A stretch of DNA of 25,616 nt from Candidatus Nanohaloarchaea archaeon (GTDB taxonomy: Archaea > Nanohalarchaeota > Nanosalinia > Nanosalinales > Nanosalinaceae), in the NCBI GenBank assembly GCA_046539225.1, contig JBKHHG010000005.1, positions 1 to 25,616 on the forward strand, read 5' to 3'. Both the position numbers and the translations under genes were made by a program. The notes below the pieces were generated by a model. It was not told the DNA's origin and searched no databases. It saw only the letters and a program-made list of their open reading frames with translations. The number at the start of each line of letters is the position of its first letter. The first letter of the stretch is position 1. Below are positions 8,624 through 16,361 of the stretch, one piece after another.

Positions 8624-9598
8624 ATGAATCAGGAAAGACTCGAGGAAAAAGTCCGTAAAATGCTGGAGGTCCAGGGATTCAAAGTCGAGAATGGGAAGGC
8701 CTCGAAGCCGGAAGTAACTCTTGAGATTGGGATTTACTCCTCGGAGAGGTACACCGAGGAAGATGTCGATTTGTCGAAGGACAGGGTATTCGTGGATGAA
8801 GGCCTTGAAGTAGGAGAGGCTTATACCGTCGAGGAAGAAAAGGATTACAACCTTCCAAGCTTTGAGCTGATCGGCGATATCGCGATTATAAACGACTTGG
8901 CGGGCAGAGATCGAGAAGAGGCGGTGGAGGGAATCCTCGAGTATCATAATGTGAAAACGATTCTGCTGAAGAAGGAAGGCCTTTCCGGAGAGTTTAGAGT
9001 CGGAGAATATGAGAAGCTTTACGGGGAGGAGACGGAGACAGTCCATAAGGAACATGGGTATAAATTCAGGGTTGACCCTACGGAGGCCTACTACAGTGAG
9101 AGATTCTCCACGGAGAGGGAAAGAGTCGCGGATCTGGTGGAAGAAGGGGAGAAAGTCCTGGTAATGTTCGCGGGGGTCGGGCCTTTCGCAGTTCTGTGCG
9201 CGGAAAAAGCCTGGGTCGTTGCGGTGGAGAAAAACCCTGAGGCCTGTAAATATCTTGAAGAAAATAATGGGCTGAACGGGTTTAAGGAAAAGGTTGAAGC
9301 TCGTTGCGGCGACGTCAGAGAATTAGTTCCAGAGCTTGAGGAAAAGTTTGACAGGGTTGTGATGCCTCTGCCGGAGTCCGCCTCAGAGTTTCTCGATCTT
9401 GCGGTTGAAGCAATAAGGGAGGATGGCGTGATCCATCTCTACAGTTTTGTTGAGAACAGGGAATTCAGGCCTGTCGAAAAAGAAATAGAAGATGCGGTTT
9501 CGGGTAGAGGCCTTGAGTATGAGATAGTTGACAGGGTTAGATGCGGTTATAAATCGCCTTCGGAAGAGCGTTACTGTTTCGACATAAAGATTTTGTGA
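8624..9598 (+). CDS. trm5: tRNA G37 methyltransferase, Trm5/Met-10+ family
   Basis: SFELIGDIAII, GEFRV, HKEHGYKFRVD, YYSERFSTERERV, MFAGVGPFA, EKNPEA and DRVVMPLP motifs. Confidence 0.88.
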   Translation: MNQERLEEKVRKMLEVQGFKVENGKASKPEVTLEIGIYSSERYTEEDVDLSKDRVFVDEGLEVGEAYTVEEEKDYNLPSFELIGDIAIINDLAGRDREEAVEGILEYHNVKTILLKKEGLSGEFRVGEYEKLYGEETETVHKEHGYKFRVDPTEAYYSERFSTERERVADLVEEGEKVLVMFAGVGPFAVLCAEKAWVVAVEKNPEACKYLEENNGLNGFKEKVEARCGDVRELVPELEEKFDRVVMPLPESASEFLDLAVEAIREDGVIHLYSFVENREFRPVEKEIEDAVSGRGLEYEIVDRVRCGYKSPSEERYCFDIKIL

Positions 9599-9599
9599 T

Positions 9600-9655
9600 T
9601 GGAGAGTGGCGAAAGTTATTTAAAGATTTGGAGTTTAGTTGTTATCTATAGGTGA
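9600..9655 (+). promoter_or_regulatory. BRE-TATA promoter and SD for the 9665 gene cluster
   Basis: CGAAAGTTATTTAAA at 9610-9624 and AGGTGA at 9650-9655. Confidence 0.7.
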
Positions 9656-9664
9656 TTACATAAA

Positions 9665-10327
9665 ATGGTAGACTGGGGAGATGTAAGGGATGGGCTAACC
9701 TATCCATTTAGAGCAATAAAAACCGATTCAGAGAGGCTATACGGCGGTACAAAGGATGTCTGGAACAACGGAGGGGCTGCTGATCCTGATCCAACGAGAA
9801 GAGATGTTATCAAGGCAGCGGGCCTGGCGATCGGAGGCCCTGTCGTTTGGGATGCTGCAGATGGAAATGATAAGGTCGGCGCTGCCGGTTCTGCGGGCCT
9901 CGACGGTATTTCGTGGGCGGCTGATAATTCTCCGGTAGGTCTGAGGAATCCTATAACTTTCGGCGATGAGGAAGAAGTTGCGGACCAGGATCCTGCCTAC
10001 AAAGAAGAAGTGGAAATGGATCTTGACGAGTTCTGCAGCAGTTATCTTGAAGCGGAAGGTCCGGCACGTCAGAACTTTGAACAGTACCTTGAGATGATTG
10101 AACGAAACGAAGGATCTCTGGAAGGCCTTTCCGTGGAGGGAGGAGTATATCTTGATCACGAAGAGTCGAGATACGCCAACATCCAAATCACAGGAGAATA
10201 CGATGATCAGGACGAGATAGGCCTTTCCCGTGAAGTCGCTGAGGCTCTAAGCGAGGCCTATGAAGAGGACCGTGAAGCCTTCTACGATGCGATGGATGAA
10301 GTCCTTGAAGACGGATGCAAGAGGTGA
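9665..10327 (+). CDS. Acidic protein with twin-arginine-like motif at residues 45-46
   Basis: 220 aa. PTRRDVIKAAGLAIGGPVVW. Promoter and SD upstream. Confidence 0.8.
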   Translation: MVDWGDVRDGLTYPFRAIKTDSERLYGGTKDVWNNGGAADPDPTRRDVIKAAGLAIGGPVVWDAADGNDKVGAAGSAGLDGISWAADNSPVGLRNPITFGDEEEVADQDPAYKEEVEMDLDEFCSSYLEAEGPARQNFEQYLEMIERNEGSLEGLSVEGGVYLDHEESRYANIQITGEYDDQDEIGLSREVAEALSEAYEEDREAFYDAMDEVLEDGCKR

Positions 10328-11358
10328 ATCCGTTGCGAAGTTTCGAGGACGTCGAGCAGGACGTAGATTTTTTGCTCGATGCGATGAATGAGGTGAGAGA
10401 TACTGGAAAGGAGGCCTCGGAGTATGAGTTTCTCGAGAAGATAGAAAAAGTTCATCCGGCGCCTTCGAAGAAGGGTAATGATGGGCTCGCTAACTGGGTG
10501 GCGAATCTTGCAGTATTCGAGGCAGAGGGAGATATAGTAGTTGATAAAGGCCTGGTCGAAGAGGCCGACAGAATTTTAACTGAACAACATGGCTCCGGGC
10601 GGGATAGAAGTAGAATCGCGAATATTGTTTATGACTCAGAGAACAGGCCCGGGCATAAAGAGAGTCTTGCGGATAACCGTGTGGACGGTCATGGAAGAAT
10701 CCTGGAGATGGTGGGAGAGTTTTACTCTGAGAGGGGTCGAAGAGCGGAATTAGAAAATCTATATAAAGATAAGGAATTACTACGTAATTGTGATAACATA
10801 AGTGGAGGCAATATTTTCGGAACTGATCCAGCTACCGGCTTGAAGGTGGCAGTAGATGCGGCTGAGGACTATCTGTCTGAGGGAGCTGCCTCCGACTACA
10901 CTGTTATCCCGGTTAAAGAAGATGGTTTTCCAACGCAAAACCAAGAATCAAATCAAGGAGGTGAGAATATGGCAAGAAAACCGGATGATCCTGAAGATTT
11001 AGGAAGACAGGCTAGAGATATGAGGGGTAGTCAGGAAGAAATGTATGAAGGCCTTTTAGCTGGAGAGCAGGCTATAGTTGATGTACTTACTGACTATGAT
11101 GTAGCTTTTGGAGACGCCTTTGATGCAGTAAGAGGTGCAGAAAGTAGAGTTGGAGATGTTCTCCAGCAAGCTGAACACGATTACGATACAGTAGCGGACT
11201 GGGCAGAAGGCTTTGTAGATGAACTTGAAGGATATGACCCTGCAGTAGATCCTGATGAATTCGTTGATAGAGCCTATGACAGGCTTGATAATGAACTGGG
11301 CACGATGAGCAGGAACACTGATAGATTCAGGGATCAGAGCGACTTTATAGACAATTAA
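10324..11358 (+). CDS. Acidic helical protein. The C-terminal 129 aa (from ATG 10969) are paralogous to the N-terminus of the next gene and may be translated separately.
   Basis: GTG 10324 overlaps the upstream TGA. Perfect SD GGAGGTGA at 10957-10964 precedes the in-frame ATG 10969. Confidence 0.7.
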   Translation: MNPLRSFEDVEQDVDFLLDAMNEVRDTGKEASEYEFLEKIEKVHPAPSKKGNDGLANWVANLAVFEAEGDIVVDKGLVEEADRILTEQHGSGRDRSRIANIVYDSENRPGHKESLADNRVDGHGRILEMVGEFYSERGRRAELENLYKDKELLRNCDNISGGNIFGTDPATGLKVAVDAAEDYLSEGAASDYTVIPVKEDGFPTQNQESNQGGENMARKPDDPEDLGRQARDMRGSQEEMYEGLLAGEQAIVDVLTDYDVAFGDAFDAVRGAESRVGDVLQQAEHDYDTVADWAEGFVDELEGYDPAVDPDEFVDRAYDRLDNELGTMSRNTDRFRDQSDFIDN

Positions 11359-11643
11359 ACTTCAATCGGCCGTAAGGCCGAAACATATTTAAATCTTTTA
11401 TTACTATGTTGTAACTACAAGGTAACAATATGCCAAGACGTGAAAACGACCCGGATGATCTCGGAAGAAAGGCAACTGATGCCAGGAGGAGCCAACAGAA
11501 GATGTATAATCAATTAGAGAATCTTGGTCAGGCCTTTGAAGACGGCAGGGTGTCTCCTGATGAATTTATAGATGAAATAGGTAATTTAGAGGAGAGATTC
11601 GGGGTATTTATTGAGCAAGCTGGACACGATTACGATACAGTAG
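11165..11643 (+). repeat. 30-bp direct repeat, 29/30 identical (11165-11194 and 11614-11643), within the paralogous genes
   Basis: AGCAAGCTG[A/G]ACACGATTACGATACAGTAG, encoding QA[E/G]HDYDTV. Confidence 0.9.
11366..11394 (+). promoter_or_regulatory. GNRA hairpin overlapping the BRE, followed by a TATA box
   Basis: TCGGCC-GTAA-GGCCGA (11366-11381) followed by AACATATTTAAAT. Confidence 0.5.
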
Positions 11644-12176
11644 AAGAGTTTGCAAGAACCCTAAATGAGGATGTTACATCTGTTAGCTTCCATTACCACG
11701 AAGACGATGCCAACGAAGGGATCACAAGGAGAAAGGCCTTGACGGGTTTAGGCCTGACTGCTGCAGGAGTAGGAAGTGTTGCAGCTATCGGCGAGTACCT
11801 TGGATGGGGTGCGGCCGGTGAGGGATACGAGTCGGCGGTGGGAACTGTTGAGGATGAAAAAGTTGTCGAGAGCTACGTGGAAGATGTTTTGATAGAAGGG
11901 AGTAGGACAGGAGATCTACAGGATATAGACGATGATTGGAGCACTCTTGCCAATACCTATGAGGAGGGAGTGTTTGATGAAGACTCGGATTTTGAGTTCG
12001 AGTCGATAAAAGTTATACTTGACAAAAGCCCTGACAGCTCCGAGTACGAGATAGAATCTTCTGTTAACGGTAATTCAAGGGTCGTGGAGCAGAGGATATC
12101 TGATACTGCTGCGGAGCATTTCCTCGATTACGCAGGAACCATGGAAGCTGTAGACTATGAAGGTGAATCACAATGA
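11430..12176 (+). CDS. Protein with N-terminal helical domain, internal twin-arginine/TM segment and acidic C-terminal domain
   Basis: 248 aa. ITRRKALTGLGLTAAGVGSVAAIG with RR at residues 100-101. Confidence 0.85.
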   Translation: MPRRENDPDDLGRKATDARRSQQKMYNQLENLGQAFEDGRVSPDEFIDEIGNLEERFGVFIEQAGHDYDTVEEFARTLNEDVTSVSFHYHEDDANEGITRRKALTGLGLTAAGVGSVAAIGEYLGWGAAGEGYESAVGTVEDEKVVESYVEDVLIEGSRTGDLQDIDDDWSTLANTYEEGVFDEDSDFEFESIKVILDKSPDSSEYEIESSVNGNSRVVEQRISDTAAEHFLDYAGTMEAVDYEGESQ

Positions 12177-15100
12177 AAAAGTTCACATCAATGAAGAAGA
12201 TTACATTTTTGGCGGCAGTTTTAACTCTTTCAACCCTTGCGATGGCCCAGCCATACATAGGAGAGGCGAACTACACTCCCGAAAATCCTGAGGTCGGAGA
12301 TTCGGTGAAGGTGGAGGCGACAGCCGAAGGAAACTACTTGAACGTTATGGAGTTCAGGCTTGACGGCCAGAGCTGGGACACCGTCGACTGCGACGCATTT
12401 TTCTCATGCACCAACGAATGGAGCTTTGAAGCCGACAGTTCAGGCCTGAAAGAGGTCGATGTCAGAGCCTCAAATGACGAGTACGAATACTCGGACATAC
12501 ATACCTTGGAGATAGAGGTGGAGGGATCCTCCTCCCTAAGCCTTGACTCGGTTTCAGCCTCTAAATATGAGATCGGGCCTAAAGAATCCACTACTTTGAA
12601 GGCGACCGTGGAGAACTCTGGAAGCACCAGTAAATACGCAAACGTCCAGTGGTATGCAGAAGGGGAGGCGATCGGAAGCGCGAATATAAACGTTCCCGCA
12701 GATGATTCAAGGACTCTGGAGAGGACCATAGATTACTCCGACCTCAAAGAAAGCCTTGAAACCGGAAAAGACTATGAGCTATCTGCTGACGAGGCCTCAG
12801 GCAGCGAGTTAAGCTCCGGCAAGAATTTAAGATTAACAGAGGATGAGCCCGGATCAGGCCTTGAAGTTTTCTCAGTTTCTGCTTCCCCATACGAGGTTCG
12901 GAGCGAGGATTCTACCACGCTTGAGGCAAGTATCAGGAATGATCTGGATAAGTCGGCGTTTGTGAACATTGAGTGGTTCGCCGGCTCCAGGAGCATCGGC
13001 TCTGCGTGGGAGAGAGTGGAGGCCGGATCATCAGAGTCGTTGGAGAGGGAGGTCTTGTCGGATAAGTTGAAGAGTAAAGGCCTTGAAGCCGGCAAATGCT
13101 ACAGTTTGTCGGCGGAAGCACAGTTCGAAGGTTTGGAGGCGGAGAACAAGTCCTCCAGCCAGATCTGCCTGGAAGGGGAAGATACCGAGCCAGAACCAGA
13201 TATTGAGCTCGACTCGGTCTATGCCACTAATTACTCTGTTACGGAAAGCATCAATACCTATTTGAAGGCCGAGGCCAAAAATCCAGGGAGTCAAGATGTT
13301 TCTGGAACTGTTCAGTGGTTCCTTGACGGTGAACCGGCCGGGATCTCCGTGAAAACAGTTAAGGCAGATTCGGAAAAGACTTTCAGCAGCTTCAGGACTA
13401 TAGGCCTATTGGAGAAAAAAGGATTCGAGGATGGCTGTTACGAGCTTTCGGCATCGATCAACAACGGCGATAAGGTTTCCGCATCTGAAGAGCTATGTAT
13501 CGGAGAGAGAGATGTAGATGCGTCTGTTAAATCGGTCGACGCCGATCCTACATCGATATCAAAAAATGAAGACTCCAGTTTAACTGCTGAAGTAGAGAAT
13601 ATGGGGGATGAAGAAGTTTCAGGTAAGCTGCACTGGTATGTTGGCGGCAAAAAGGTTGGATCCTCGAGTACGACAGAGATAGGATCTTCAGACACTGAAG
13701 ATTTCTCGAGAACCGCGAATTACTCAGGCCTTAGAGTCTTAGGCCTTTCAAAAAATAAAGAACACGACGTAAAGGCCGAATTCAGGTATGATGGAGGAGA
13801 GGCTTCGAAGAAGGCCTACAGAGGCATCACGCTTGTTGATCCTGATAGAGAGACCTATGATCTTGATGTCAAAGTTGTGGACCAGGATGGAGAAAAGGTC
13901 AGGGATGCTGAGGTAGAGGTTGGTGAAGAGTCGGAGCTAACCGATTACAGGGGGGAGGCCTCTTTCAGGCTTGGAAAAGGCTCCTACACTGTTGAGGCCT
14001 CGAAATCAGGTTATTACTCCGGGGATCGCAGCATCTATCTCAACCGGGATAGAGAGGTCGAGGTCACGATCCATGAAGCCGAGGATAGCTATGTTGATCC
14101 TGAATTCAGCTACAGTCCTTCAAGCCCTGTGGTTGGGGAGACAGTCGAGTTCGATGCATCCGGTTCCTCGGGCGATATAGTTGATTACCGCTGGGACTTT
14201 GACGACGGCGAGTCTTCCTCGGGCAGAAGGGTTGAACACAGTTTTGACTCCAGCGGCTGGTACTCGGTCAAGTTAACGGTCGAAGCTGAAGATGGCACCA
14301 CAGATGAAAGGATCAGGACCTTGAGGGTCCGGGAGAGAGATGCGGAACAGGCCTCTATCGATGTTGGTGTGGAGGATGAGGACGATGATCCTGTAAAGAA
14401 TGCCGGGGTTTCAGCCATGGCGTTGAATCCTTACAGTTTCGCGGTTAGATCGACGGACAAGGCCTCGTCGTCTACCCGGGCTTCTTCAGGCGATTCAGGG
14501 GATTACCGTCTCGGTTTCGAGCTGGATGGTAGAGATCTGGAGACCTATGCGAGTTACGCCACAAGGTTTGAGAGGGTTTCCTGGAGCAATATGGCGCTTG
14601 AGTCTTCCGACGGCGACGAACTCGTTTTCCGGTATGATCTCTCCGCTGACACCCGTGAATCCGGTTACGACCGTTACAGGGCATCCCAGGACCTGAAGCT
14701 GTCCTCAGGGGAGAAAGAGGTTACAATGATACTTACAGTCAACGGCAGAGAACTCGGCAAGTTTACCTCGGTGCTTGATGTACCGGACGACCACGAGTTC
14801 GAGATGAGGAATGAAGGCGGTAGAACCCGTTACTCGGGCAAAGACACCAGGATTGCCTCTCCAGACCTTCCGATCTATACCGGGTTCACAGACAGGGATG
14901 GCGAGGCCTCGTTCGATGTTCCAGCGGGCAGGTACTCGGTTATCGCCAACAAACCAGGTTACAGTCCTGACTCACAGAACCTGGAGCTGGATGAGGGAGA
15001 GGAAGAGTTTGTAGGCCTTAAGCTTGAGAGAAGAGGCGATGAAGATGATGACGACGATGATGGAGAAGATGACGATGACGATGATAATGGAGAAGATGAT

Positions 15101-16267
15101 GACGACGATGAGGTTGGAGAGAGGATTGAGATCACCTCGATCGATCTCCCGGCCTCGGTCTGTGAGGGGAGCAGCTTTGACGCCCGTGTAAAGATGGAGA
15201 ACACAGGCTCAGAGGACCAGTCCTTCGTTCTTTCGGCTTCAGGCCTTGGAACCGAGACTTCAAGGAGCTACTACCTTGAGGAAGACGAGGAGATCACGAG
15301 GAATTTAAGTTTCAGCAACGCCAAAGGTTCGGGACACCAGAGGCTCAGCTTCTCCACTGTGTACGACTCCGAGGAGAGAACAGTCCAGGTCAGGAGCTGC
15401 GATGAAGAGGTCGGAGACCTCTCCGCAACGGTTTCGCCGACCCAGCTCAGAATAGGTTCTTCGGTCAGGGTCAACGGCATAGTCGAATCGGGAAGAGAAG
15501 AAGTCGATATTTACGTTGGCGGGAAAAGATCCCAGTCTATATCTCCTGAACCTGATGGAAGGTTCAGCGCATACGTTGTTCCGAAAAAGGTTGGCCAGCA
15601 CCAGGTAAGGATTGAATCCTCTGAAAACTCGGTGACCCGGCAGATCGAAGTGCTTCCGACCGTGGAGGTTCACAGCGTCAGCGTTCCAAACAACGTGTTT
15701 GAAGGCGAAGACTTCGAGGTCTGCGCCGATGTCGAGTCACAGACTGCGCCGCTTGTACTGCTGAAGAAGAACGGGGAAGTCGTGGAGTCGAAGTATGGAA
15801 GAGACGAGGTATGCTTTGAGAGAAACGAGAGGCCTGGAGATGTGGACTATGAAGTTCAGGCCTTGAACCGTGGAGCCTCCAGCACAGCTTCGAGAACTCT
15901 CGAGGTTATGGAGCAGGATTCGGAGGCCAGAAGCTTCCCGGGCCAGGTTGCATCGGTTGAGTCAGGCTCGGGCATGGTAAAGGTCGAGCTCTACAACAAC
16001 AGGAAAGAGTTGAGGACCTATAGTATAGAGCTTGAAGGCCTTCCAGGCGGCTGGACATCACAGTCGAGGAAAGAGGTTAAGCTGAACTCTGGCGAGAGAA
16101 AGACGGAGTACATCTACCTGACGCCGAAACAGGATGGAAGCTTTGAAGCCACTGTAAATGTCGAGACTGAGGGAGAGCAGATTCACAGCGAGAACGTGGA
16201 GATCAGTTCCGGCGGAACCGACAGGCAGGAATCCCTCTTGACAAGGCTGATGCTCTGGCTCCGTTAA
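12173..16267 (+). CDS. Large secreted multi-Ig-domain surface protein (four CARDB-like repeats, PEGA/carboxypeptidase-regulatory-like domains, PKD, poly-Asp linker, COG1470-like C-terminal domain)
   Basis: Signal peptide ending AMA-QP. Four about 110-aa repeats (SV.A...L.A..(E)N...W(Y/F)). PKD motif FDASGSSGDIVDYRWDFDDG. Confidence 0.88.
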   Translation: MKKFTSMKKITFLAAVLTLSTLAMAQPYIGEANYTPENPEVGDSVKVEATAEGNYLNVMEFRLDGQSWDTVDCDAFFSCTNEWSFEADSSGLKEVDVRASNDEYEYSDIHTLEIEVEGSSSLSLDSVSASKYEIGPKESTTLKATVENSGSTSKYANVQWYAEGEAIGSANINVPADDSRTLERTIDYSDLKESLETGKDYELSADEASGSELSSGKNLRLTEDEPGSGLEVFSVSASPYEVRSEDSTTLEASIRNDLDKSAFVNIEWFAGSRSIGSAWERVEAGSSESLEREVLSDKLKSKGLEAGKCYSLSAEAQFEGLEAENKSSSQICLEGEDTEPEPDIELDSVYATNYSVTESINTYLKAEAKNPGSQDVSGTVQWFLDGEPAGISVKTVKADSEKTFSSFRTIGLLEKKGFEDGCYELSASINNGDKVSASEELCIGERDVDASVKSVDADPTSISKNEDSSLTAEVENMGDEEVSGKLHWYVGGKKVGSSSTTEIGSSDTEDFSRTANYSGLRVLGLSKNKEHDVKAEFRYDGGEASKKAYRGITLVDPDRETYDLDVKVVDQDGEKVRDAEVEVGEESELTDYRGEASFRLGKGSYTVEASKSGYYSGDRSIYLNRDREVEVTIHEAEDSYVDPEFSYSPSSPVVGETVEFDASGSSGDIVDYRWDFDDGESSSGRRVEHSFDSSGWYSVKLTVEAEDGTTDERIRTLRVRERDAEQASIDVGVEDEDDDPVKNAGVSAMALNPYSFAVRSTDKASSSTRASSGDSGDYRLGFELDGRDLETYASYATRFERVSWSNMALESSDGDELVFRYDLSADTRESGYDRYRASQDLKLSSGEKEVTMILTVNGRELGKFTSVLDVPDDHEFEMRNEGGRTRYSGKDTRIASPDLPIYTGFTDRDGEASFDVPAGRYSVIANKPGYSPDSQNLELDEGEEEFVGLKLERRGDEDDDDDDGEDDDDDDNGEDDDDDEVGERIEITSIDLPASVCEGSSFDARVKMENTGSEDQSFVLSASGLGTETSRSYYLEEDEEITRNLSFSNAKGSGHQRLSFSTVYDSEERTVQVRSCDEEVGDLSATVSPTQLRIGSSVRVNGIVESGREEVDIYVGGKRSQSISPEPDGRFSAYVVPKKVGQHQVRIESSENSVTRQIEVLPTVEVHSVSVPNNVFEGEDFEVCADVESQTAPLVLLKKNGEVVESKYGRDEVCFERNERPGDVDYEVQALNRGASSTASRTLEVMEQDSEARSFPGQVASVESGSGMVKVELYNNRKELRTYSIELEGLPGGWTSQSRKEVKLNSGERKTEYIYLTPKQDGSFEATVNVETEGEQIHSENVEISSGGTDRQESLLTRLMLWLR
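15038..15112 (+). repeat. Poly-Asp linker repeat (about 3 x GEDDDDDD)
   Basis: GAAGATGATGACGACGATGA is exact at 15041-15060 and 15092-15111, with a degenerate copy in between. Confidence 0.85.
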
Positions 16268-16287
16268 TAACTTTCCCTTTATTTTAC
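16268..16287 (+). terminator. T-rich archaeal terminator candidate
   Basis: CTTTCCCTTTATTTT directly after the stop. Confidence 0.4.
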
Positions 16288-16350
16288 TGGAGAGTGGTCA
16301 ATCACCCCTTCTTTATTTAAGATTTAAGAGTTGTGGTTATTTACAGGTGA
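16288..16350 (+). promoter_or_regulatory. Promoter/SD region resembling the one at 9600-9655
   Basis: TGGAGAGTGG, TTATTTAAGATTT and AGGTGA. Confidence 0.6.
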
Positions 16351-16361
16351 CACATAACTCC

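Noticed and set aside
11165..11643. Diversity-generating retroelement TR/VR pair or att sites
   Set aside because: Only 30 bp with a single mismatch inside paralogous coding sequence, and no reverse transcriptase or integrase in the window.
14420..14875. Intein in the giant surface protein
   Set aside because: No C/S start, no terminal HN-C/S/T and no LAGLIDADG motif. It looks like an ordinary domain insertion.
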